DNA from: Planctomycetota bacterium
GTDB lineage: Bacteria; Planctomycetota; UBA1135; UBA2386
Direction of reading: 5' to 3'
Assembly: GCA_021776805.1 (NCBI GenBank)
Contig: JAJFFD010000092.1
Location: 22,089 to 86,088 of the forward strand
DNA: 64,000 nt
The position numbers and the translations under genes are program-made. Position 1 is the stretch's first letter. Every line of letters begins with the position of its first letter. A model generated the notes under the pieces. It did not search any database and was not told where the DNA came from. It saw nothing but the letters and a program-made list of their open reading frames with translations. This document shows positions 49,645 through 57,275 of the stretch, in pieces.

Positions 49645-49751
49645 TTCAGCGGGCTGCTCGCCCTGGTCGGATTGGGCATAGAACGCAGCATCCCGACTAT
49701 CCAGTATCACTCGGCCTTGTCAACCATGGCAGCTGGCCGGACCATGGATCC

Positions 49752-51782
49752 ATGGTGTTCAAGATGGTCAGCGACCTCCGGCCAGCTGGAGATCAGCCCG
49801 CCGCATTGGAGAAGCTCGAAGGCTGGCTGCGGTCAGGAGTTGAGCAATGCACCCTTCTCGGTGTGACTGGGTCGGGGAAGACCTACGCCATGGCGAAGTT
49901 GGTCGAATCGATCGATCGACCTGTTTTGGTCTTGGCTCCCAACAAGACGCTTGCGGCGCAGCTCTACGGTGAGTTCAAGGCATTCTTCCCTGACAACGCT
50001 GTCGAGTACTTCGTCAGCTACTACGACTACTTTCAGCCAGAGGCATACGTTCCAAGCACCGATACGTACATCGAGAAGGATGCGACGATCAATCAGGCGA
50101 TCGATCGCATGCGAAACTCCGCGACCAGATCGCTCATGGAGCGTCGCGACGTCCTTATCGTTGCGTCGATCTCATGCATCTACGGGCTGGGATCTCCTGA
50201 GCACTACCGGGAATTGTCCGTGTGCATAAAGGCGGGACAGACGATTGAGCGTGACGCACTTCTACGCTCACTCGCAACCATCCAATACAGGCGGGATAAC
50301 TACGACTTTGTTCCGGGGCGATTCCGAGTGCGTGGCGATGTGGTGGAGATCTACCCTGTCTATGAGGAGGATCGGGCCATTCGTGTGGAGTTCTTCGATG
50401 ACGAAATCGAAGCGGTTCTGGCGGTTGACCCCTTGCGTGGCGAGATCTTGGAGGAACTGGAACAGGTCACCATCTACCCGACGAGCCATTATGTTGCCCC
50501 TGCGCATCGGTTGCGAAAGGCCTGCGAAACTATCGAGGCTGAGTTGGATGAGTGGTTGCCGCAATTGCGCGCGAAGGGCAAGCTTCTCGAGTGTCAACGG
50601 CTGGAGCAGCGCGCTCGCCATGATCTCGAGATGCTTCGGGCGACGGGGATATGCAACGGAATCGAGAACTACTCACGGCACCTTGATGGTCGTTTGGCAG
50701 GGGACCCGCCGGCTACCTTGGTACACTACTTTCCTGACGATTTCGTCTTGATGATCGACGAGAGTCACGTTGCCGTTCCGCAGTCGGGCGCGATGTATCG
50801 TGGCGACCGAAGTCGGAAGCAAAACCTGGTGGACTTTGGGTTCAGATTGCCATCGGCTCTGGATAATCGCCCCCTCAAGTTCGAGGAGTTCTGCACCTTG
50901 CAGAACCAGGTTGTGTACGTGTCGGCGACGCCCTCGAAGTACGAACTGGATAAGAGCGGGGATAGAGTTGCCGAGTTAGTGGTCCGGCCCACGGGTCTGG
51001 TCGATCCGGAGGTGGAAGTTCGGCCGGCGCGAAATCAAGTCGACGATGTCTTGCACGAGGCCAACATAAGAGCTGAGCGCGGGGAGAGAGTCCTGGTAAC
51101 TACTTTGACCAAACGGATGGCCGAGGAGCTTGCCGACCACTTTCGAGATCTGGGTGTCAGAGTCCGCTACTTGCATTCAGACATCGATAGCCTCGAGCGG
51201 ACGGCTCTGATTCGTGATCTGCGCTTGGGGGTCTACGATGTGCTCGTTGGGATCAATCTGCTGCGTGAGGGGCTCGATATCCCCGAAGTCACCTTGGTGG
51301 CCGTTTTGGATGCGGACAAGGAAGGATTCCTTCGCAACCGCACTTCGCTGATCCAGACCTGTGGTCGAGCAGCACGGAACGTGAACGGTCGCGTGATCAT
51401 GTACGCCGATCGGACTACCGATTCGATGCGCGGGGCTATTGAGGAAATGGGCCGTCGGCGAGAGCGGCAACAGCGCTACAACGAAGAGCATGGCATTGTG
51501 CCCAAGACGATTGTAAAGGAAGTCAGGGATCTCTTGCACTTCGAGGAGGAGGCGGAGGAGGAGCAGCCGAAGTCCGGGCGGGGCGCTGACAAGCGGGGGC
51601 GAAGTCGAGAATCTGCGACGCCAAAGAGCCCGAGGTTCACTGGTCAGAGAGCTCTTAACCAACACGTACAGAAACTTCGTGAAGAGATGTTGGCTGCTGC
51701 CAAGAATCTCGATTTCGAGCTGGCTGCCAGTATTCGTGACGAGGTGTTTCGTTTGGAACGGGCGGGTTTGGAGCTGGGATGA
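49752..51782 (+). CDS. uvrB: Excinuclease ABC subunit B
   Basis: PAGDQP, LGVTGSGKT, YFVSYYDYFQPEAYVP, DESH, VGINLLREGLD, LIQT.GRAARN, UVR domain LDFELAA.IRD. Confidence 0.99.
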   Translation: MVFKMVSDLRPAGDQPAALEKLEGWLRSGVEQCTLLGVTGSGKTYAMAKLVESIDRPVLVLAPNKTLAAQLYGEFKAFFPDNAVEYFVSYYDYFQPEAYVPSTDTYIEKDATINQAIDRMRNSATRSLMERRDVLIVASISCIYGLGSPEHYRELSVCIKAGQTIERDALLRSLATIQYRRDNYDFVPGRFRVRGDVVEIYPVYEEDRAIRVEFFDDEIEAVLAVDPLRGEILEELEQVTIYPTSHYVAPAHRLRKACETIEAELDEWLPQLRAKGKLLECQRLEQRARHDLEMLRATGICNGIENYSRHLDGRLAGDPPATLVHYFPDDFVLMIDESHVAVPQSGAMYRGDRSRKQNLVDFGFRLPSALDNRPLKFEEFCTLQNQVVYVSATPSKYELDKSGDRVAELVVRPTGLVDPEVEVRPARNQVDDVLHEANIRAERGERVLVTTLTKRMAEELADHFRDLGVRVRYLHSDIDSLERTALIRDLRLGVYDVLVGINLLREGLDIPEVTLVAVLDADKEGFLRNRTSLIQTCGRAARNVNGRVIMYADRTTDSMRGAIEEMGRRRERQQRYNEEHGIVPKTIVKEVRDLLHFEEEAEEEQPKSGRGADKRGRSRESATPKSPRFTGQRALNQHVQKLREEMLAAAKNLDFELAASIRDEVFRLERAGLELG

Positions 51783-53611
51783 GGGCTGAAATCGCTGATC
51801 GAGTAGCGCGCTTTCCAGATGAGTCAGGGGTCTACATCTTTACGGATTCGAAAGGCAAGGCCCTGTACGTGGGCAAGGCAGCCAAGCTCCGAAGTCGAGT
51901 GCGGTCCTATCTCAAACCAGGGGGGGACGGTCGCTTCCAGCTGCGTTTCTTGGAGAAGGAAGCCCACGACGTGGAGTTCCTGGTCACCCAGACCGAGCAA
52001 GAAGCTCTCTTGCTCGAGAACACGATCATCAAGAAGCTGCGGCCGATCTACAACTTCAAGCTTCGCGACGACAAGTCCTTCTTGATGTTGCGACTTGATC
52101 GGCAAGAGGAGTGGCCTTGGTTCCGTCTGGTTCGTCGCCGCAAGGATGATGGTGCAGACTATTTCGGTCCATATGCCTCGGCGAAGTCGGTGCGACGGAC
52201 GCTGCGCTTGCTTCACAAGGTCGTTCCACTGCGGGATTGCTCGAAGTCGGTATTCGACAACCGCAGCCGTCCATGTCTGAAGCATCAGATTGGCCGTTGT
52301 CCCGCGCCATGCGTGGGTTTGATCGATCGCCCTGAGTACACGGCTTTGGTAGAGGAGGCAGTGAGTGTGCTGCGGGGTGGGGCGAGAGGAGTTTTGCGCC
52401 GGCTAGAAGAGGAGATGCGGACGGCGGCAGGAGATCTGGAATTCGAAAAGGCTCAGGCCAAGAAGCTGCAAATCGAGGCTCTTGAGTCAGTAGCTGAGCG
52501 TCAGTCTGTGGTTGAGTCCTCCGAAGGTGATAGGGATGTGGTGGGCTTGCATCGATCAGCCGCGGAGGCCGTTGCCGTCATCCTGCACTTCCGATCCGGC
52601 CGCCTGGAGAGTAGTAGTCGTTTCAAAGTTCCTTCGGCATTGCCTTCACCACTCCTTCTCGAGGACCTGTTGGCGCGTTACTACCAGGGGGATCGTTATG
52701 TCCCCGGCGAGATACTCGTGCCGCAGGAGGTTCCGGAGGCTGAATCCCTCTTGGAATGGTTGGAGTCAAAGCGGGGGCGGAGTGTGAAGATCGCGGTGCC
52801 CAAGCGAGGCTCGCGGCGACGCTTCCTGGCGATGGCTGAGGAGAATGCACGACTCCAGGAGATGGTTGAGGCAAGCGCCGAGCAGAGGCAGCGTCAGGCT
52901 CTACTCAATCTTGCAGCGATCTGTGGGCTCGGGGGTGTGCCTAGTCGGATCCACTGTATGGATGTCTCTACGATCCAGGGTCGTGACACGGTCGCATCCC
53001 GAGTTTGTTTCGTGGACGGTGTTCCTGACAAGAGCGCCTACCGTCGTTTTAAGATCAGCGAGTCCGCTGCTGGGGATGATTTCTCTGCGATGTCGGAAGC
53101 AGTGCGTAGGAGTCTCACGCAGTGTGAGACAAGAGAGGAAGATGACCTACCGGACCTCTTGGTCGTTGACGGTGGAAAGGGTCAGCTTTCGTCAGCGAGA
53201 GAATCCGCGCGAGAACTCGGGCTCTTGGACGATCTTTGCCTGGCTGGGTTGGCCAAGAGTCGTTTGAAAGGCGTCGGAGATGAGCGCCGGCAGAGTGGAG
53301 AGCGCCTGTTTCTTGTTGGCAGAGAGTTGCCGGTTGTGCTCGCTGATGCGGCACCCGAAACACTACTTCTGGCTGCGGTTCGTGATGAATCGCACCGATT
53401 TGCCATCAGCTATCACCGGCGGCTGCGGAGTAAGTTGAAGAGCCCCTTGGATGCGATCCCAGGGATTGGTCCAACTCGGCGTCGGCAGTTGATTCGTCAT
53501 TTCGGATCTGCTCGTGCAGTCGCCGAGGCGGATTTGGAGAGTCTCTGTCGGGTTCCTGGTCTTTCTCGGAAGCTTGCAGAGGTCGTGCACGCGGGACTGC
53601 GACGCGACTAA
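51779..53611 (+). CDS. uvrC: Excinuclease ABC subunit C
   Basis: GIY-YIG (GVY..LYVGKA..LR.RV.SY), FGPY, CPAPC, DGGKGQL, RDESHRFA, HhH IPGIGP. Confidence 0.97.
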   Translation: MRAEIADRVARFPDESGVYIFTDSKGKALYVGKAAKLRSRVRSYLKPGGDGRFQLRFLEKEAHDVEFLVTQTEQEALLLENTIIKKLRPIYNFKLRDDKSFLMLRLDRQEEWPWFRLVRRRKDDGADYFGPYASAKSVRRTLRLLHKVVPLRDCSKSVFDNRSRPCLKHQIGRCPAPCVGLIDRPEYTALVEEAVSVLRGGARGVLRRLEEEMRTAAGDLEFEKAQAKKLQIEALESVAERQSVVESSEGDRDVVGLHRSAAEAVAVILHFRSGRLESSSRFKVPSALPSPLLLEDLLARYYQGDRYVPGEILVPQEVPEAESLLEWLESKRGRSVKIAVPKRGSRRRFLAMAEENARLQEMVEASAEQRQRQALLNLAAICGLGGVPSRIHCMDVSTIQGRDTVASRVCFVDGVPDKSAYRRFKISESAAGDDFSAMSEAVRRSLTQCETREEDDLPDLLVVDGGKGQLSSARESARELGLLDDLCLAGLAKSRLKGVGDERRQSGERLFLVGRELPVVLADAAPETLLLAAVRDESHRFAISYHRRLRSKLKSPLDAIPGIGPTRRRQLIRHFGSARAVAEADLESLCRVPGLSRKLAEVVHAGLRRD

Positions 53612-54489
53612 CCTCGGGGATGAAGCCGGCGATGAGTGTCCTTGAGACGGCTGCTGTCTACTTCTGTGTAGACCTGGGTGGTCGCAAGCGAAGCGTGACC
53701 GAGGAGCTCTTGCACCACTCGTAGATCGGCACCGCCGGTGACCAGGTGAGTTGCGAAGGAATGACGAAGGCTGTGGGGGCTACACGCAACTCGCAGGCCA
53801 CATCGTTTGGCTGCTTCCTTGATGATCTGGTAGACACGAATCCGGTCGAGGGGTCGGCCTCGCCGGGAAAGGAACATCTCCTCGTGGTCTTCCGCGCTCC
53901 TCGATGCCAGTCTGACTCTTGGTCCCGCCAGGTACTCGCGTAGAAGAGCGGTGGCTGGGGCTGAAATGGGGACCAGGCGTTCCTTATTGCCTTTCCCACG
54001 TACGCGGAGAAAGGCCTCTCCGGGCAGTATCCCTGCAACGGAGAGGCTAGTGACCTCGCTCACTCGGCAGCCGGTTGCATAGAGAACATGTAGGATGCAC
54101 CGATTGCGGAGTTCTAGTTCTGTATCTCCCGGGAAGGCCTGCAGTAGTGCTTCGACACTCCGCCGTCCAAGCACTCGGGGTAGGCGCTTCTCTATACGTG
54201 TGCCCAGGAGTCCGGTCGCGGCATCCTCGTCCGTGTACCCTTCAGCATGCAGGAAGCGATAGAAGCCGCGAATAGCGGCCATGGCTCTGACCACTGAGCT
54301 CGGGGACAGTCGTTTTCGTTCCTTCGCCAGATGGGCGATGATCTGTTGGCGATTCGGCAAAGATGACTGGCCATGGATCAAGTTGGCAAGGTCGCGCCGG
54401 TAGGCGCTCACCGTGTGAGGGGAGAGCTGGAGCTCGGCGCCCACATAGACCAGGAAATCTGCCAGAAGACTGCTAGGGTCCGATCGCAC
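53608..54489 (-). CDS. xerD: Site-specific tyrosine recombinase XerD/XerC
   Basis: TVSAYRRDL, LYATGCRVSE, GKGNKER.VP, PHSLRHSFATHL, DLRVVQELLGHASLATTQVY, HPRG. Confidence 0.88.
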   Translation of the reverse strand: MRSDPSSLLADFLVYVGAELQLSPHTVSAYRRDLANLIHGQSSLPNRQQIIAHLAKERKRLSPSSVVRAMAAIRGFYRFLHAEGYTDEDAATGLLGTRIEKRLPRVLGRRSVEALLQAFPGDTELELRNRCILHVLYATGCRVSEVTSLSVAGILPGEAFLRVRGKGNKERLVPISAPATALLREYLAGPRVRLASRSAEDHEEMFLSRRGRPLDRIRVYQIIKEAAKRCGLRVACSPHSLRHSFATHLVTGGADLRVVQELLGHASLATTQVYTEVDSSRLKDTHRRLHPRG

Positions 54490-54676
54490 AGCAAGAACCT
54501 AGTCGCCCGAGATCATCATGGCGACCGTCTTGACCGCCGATGGGGCCGATCGTATGGTCCTCGGCCCTTCAGCTCAGGCACTAGGGGCTTTCCAGGGTGG
54601 GCACTGCCCTCAGCCCGCTCCCAGGCCTGGGGGGATATCCTTTAAAAAACACTCCAACTGCTTTGGAGAATGAGAG

Positions 54677-55114
54677 ATGCCGAAGCCAACCAAGGCTGAA
54701 CAGAATAAGTATGAGGCCCTCTTGGAGCGCCATTTGGCGCTGCTTAGTGGGGATGTGGGTTCGATGCGGGATGAAGCCCTGCGCGCCTCTGAACAGGACT
54801 CATCCGTGGACAACCTCGCTGATCAGGGGACAGATACCTACGATCAGGGCTTCCTGCTCGGGTTGATTGAGAACGAAGAGGAGACCATCCAGCTGATCGA
54901 CGGAGCGCTAGCGCGCCTCCGTGGCGAGTCTGAGCAGGCCTTCGGGCTCTGCACCCGCTGCAAGGAGATCGCTGATAGCCAGAAGGCCAAGAAGACCAAG
55001 TCCAAGGCCAAGATCGACCCTTGGATCGCGAAGGAACGCTTGGAATATCTCCCCTGGGCCCAATACTGCGTTGAGCATCAGTCTGAGCTCGAGCAAGAAC
55101 GCGAAATTGCCTGA
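54677..55114 (+). CDS. TraR/DksA family transcription factor
   Basis: Coiled coil with LADQGTD tip, IDGALAR, FGLCTRC..I.KERLE.LPWA.YC. Confidence 0.88.
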   Translation: MPKPTKAEQNKYEALLERHLALLSGDVGSMRDEALRASEQDSSVDNLADQGTDTYDQGFLLGLIENEEETIQLIDGALARLRGESEQAFGLCTRCKEIADSQKAKKTKSKAKIDPWIAKERLEYLPWAQYCVEHQSELEQEREIA

Positions 55115-55179
55115 GGTCTTGGCCTCCGGCTCTTGGGGCAGCCCTGCTGGGACGACCAGGCGCCCGCTGAATCTAAGCT

Positions 55180-55797
55180 ATGGTGACAGAGATCCCAAGT
55201 ACGGGCGCGGAGTCAGAAGAGTCCAGGAATCAGGTCGCTGAGGACGGTCCCAGCCTGTTTGTCGGCAAGGCTTGGTTCTGGAGCCTGGCGCCGGTCTTGA
55301 TTCTGGCCGACCTCTGGTCCAAGGCTGCAGTTTTTGCCCACTTGGCAAGCACCTACCCAGGGATGGTCGAGGCTCGACGCAGCCTCTCCGTTTGGGAGGG
55401 CCCGCTCAGTTTCAGCCTCATATGCTGGCGCAATACGGGCACGATCTGGGGAATCGGGCAGGAGTACAACCTCCTGCTGACCATCTTGCGTTGCTTCGCA
55501 GTCCTGCTCCTAGGGCTCTTTATGTGGCGCACTCCCCGTCGCAAGCGTATGCAGCAGATAGTCTTGGCGATGATTGTCGCTGGTGCGGTGGGCAACCTGT
55601 ACGACAATTTCACCGAGCCGGAGGGGGGGGTCAGGGACTTCCTCCTCTTCTACATCGACTTGGAAAAGGGCCCTCTGCAGTGGCCGGCCTTTAACGTGGC
55701 GGATGCCCTGATCTGCGTGGGGGCGATTCTGCTGGTGGTCTTGGTCTGGCAGAGTGACCGGCAGACGGCTCGGGAATCTCAACAGAAATCGTCCTAG
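55180..55797 (+). CDS. lspA: Lipoprotein signal peptidase II
   Basis: DLWSK, NTG.IWG, GAVGNLYD, VRDF, WPAFNVAD. Confidence 0.93.
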   Translation: MVTEIPSTGAESEESRNQVAEDGPSLFVGKAWFWSLAPVLILADLWSKAAVFAHLASTYPGMVEARRSLSVWEGPLSFSLICWRNTGTIWGIGQEYNLLLTILRCFAVLLLGLFMWRTPRRKRMQQIVLAMIVAGAVGNLYDNFTEPEGGVRDFLLFYIDLEKGPLQWPAFNVADALICVGAILLVVLVWQSDRQTARESQQKSS

Positions 55798-55864
55798 AGC
55801 CCTGTCGACAGGGGGATTCTGGCAGGTATTCTCCCCGGCGGCAGACCAGGGCACCGTGAAGGCT

Positions 55865-55896
55865 TTGTGGAAAACTCTTCAGGGTATTGTGGAAAG
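55865..55896. promoter_or_regulatory. Direct repeat TTGTGGAAA x2 (DnaA-box-like)
   Basis: TTGTGGAAA at 55865 and 55887 (22-bp period); reverse complement TTTTCCACA fits TTWTNCACA. Confidence 0.4.
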
Positions 55897-55949
55897 TGTC
55901 ATGAGGTCCATTCCAGGTGGCTTGGATCCTCGAGAAGCGCGAGACCAGC

Positions 55950-56786
55950 ATGAGGCTCCAAGAGCTCACCCTCGAGATGGTGGCAGAGGCGGTAAGCCTA
56001 TATCTCGATCTTGCCTATGGCAGCGCATCCAGTGGACGGATGCCTGAGCTCAACTTGCCCGCGGACGCTACGCCAGAGCAGGTTCTAGGCCTGTTTAGCA
56101 AGGATGAGCAGGGAGGCGCTAGCCCCTCATCCTGTCTTCGCTACACCATGCGCCTTGGCAACCGAAACTACCCATTCATGAAGCTCCTCTTGCAGGAGCA
56201 TATCGTCGCTGGCGAATACTACTTCGGTGTAGATACGCACGACGATATGGAGATTAAACCGGACTATCCGGACTACGAAGCTTGGATGGCGGTGCGGCGA
56301 TTCAACAGCGATTTGAAGCGCAAGATTGAGGACAGCTTTTGTTCTTCGGGCTTGCCCAGCGCCTTCAATCTGCGTGAACTCTGCAGCCAGCGAACCAGGG
56401 ATGGGGCGGTTGAGGAGATTGGCACCATCCTCGTGGTCGATGATGAAGAGGATCTCGCGGATGCCGTCGAGTCGCTCTTGAGCCTGCGAGGCTACACGAT
56501 GCACAAGGTCTTCGATGGACCCAGTGCAATCGAGGCAGCCCAAAAGATCCAGCCGGACATGATATTGCTCGACTACGAGCTGCCTGAGCTGGACGGCCTC
56601 GCGGTGATCGCTGCCTTGCGGGAGGATGAGTCCACACGTAACATTCCGGTTCTCCTTTGCACGGCCAGCAAGATCAGCCTAGGGGATATCGACAAGGCCG
56701 ATGGCTTCCTCACAAAGCCATACCCAGAAGAGCTTCTCTACAAGATGGTTAACCGCGTGATCAGCAGCAAAGAGTCAGAAGGATGA
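55950..56786 (+). CDS. Response regulator: unknown N-terminal domain plus C-terminal receiver
   Basis: ILVVDDEE, ILLDYELPELDG, LCTA, FLTKPY (intact REC); start ATG 55950. Confidence 0.88.
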   Translation: MRLQELTLEMVAEAVSLYLDLAYGSASSGRMPELNLPADATPEQVLGLFSKDEQGGASPSSCLRYTMRLGNRNYPFMKLLLQEHIVAGEYYFGVDTHDDMEIKPDYPDYEAWMAVRRFNSDLKRKIEDSFCSSGLPSAFNLRELCSQRTRDGAVEEIGTILVVDDEEDLADAVESLLSLRGYTMHKVFDGPSAIEAAQKIQPDMILLDYELPELDGLAVIAALREDESTRNIPVLLCTASKISLGDIDKADGFLTKPYPEELLYKMVNRVISSKESEG

Positions 56787-57094
56787 TCAAGGGAGCTTCG
56801 ATCATCTGGGCCGATCGTGAGCCAGCAAGTGCTCCGGCGGTCACCCTGCTCTTTCTGTTCCTGCTGGTCGGGTCGGGTGTGCTCACACGGCCGCCAGGTG
56901 AGGGCATCGGAACTGCGCTCTGCGCGGCAGCCCGGGTTGAGAAAGCAGAGTCTCGGCGGCTGAGTACAGGAGATCGCTCCTGTCCTGACGAGCAGGGCAG
57001 CGAGTTGAGGCAGTCGCTCCCTGGTTGCCAACCGGCATTTCGCTCCTTGAAGCGGCGCGGCATTCCAGCCCCGCGAGCGCCGGATCTCGCTTGA
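56783..57094 (+). CDS. Candidate SecM-like translation-arrest leader peptide upstream of secA
   Basis: ATGA overlap with upstream stop; hydrophobic AVTLLFLFLLVGSGVL; C-terminal RRGIPAPRAPDLA. Confidence 0.55.
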   Translation: MIKGASIIWADREPASAPAVTLLFLFLLVGSGVLTRPPGEGIGTALCAAARVEKAESRRLSTGDRSCPDEQGSELRQSLPGCQPAFRSLKRRGIPAPRAPDLA

Positions 57095-57275
57095 TCTGAT
57101 AAGGCGACGCGCAGCATTGGGCTGCAGGGCTGAATTTCTGAGATCTGCTCTATTGCCGCCCATGCACTTGCCCTGAGTTTCAGGGATGAGATCGGTAGTG
57201 ATCTACCGCGATTGAGAAAGCTGAAGATCAAGGACAGGAGCTTCTTGGAAGAGCTCAAAGAACGAGGATGAGAGT

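Noticed and set aside
53608-54489. Tyrosine recombinase as a marker of a mobile element
   Set aside because: Length and motifs (HSFATHL, VQELLGH, HPRG end) are those of housekeeping XerC/D, and the flanks are core genes.
55800-55949. Replication origin
   Set aside because: Only two DnaA-like boxes, no AT-rich unwinding element, and no dnaA/dnaN/gidA nearby.
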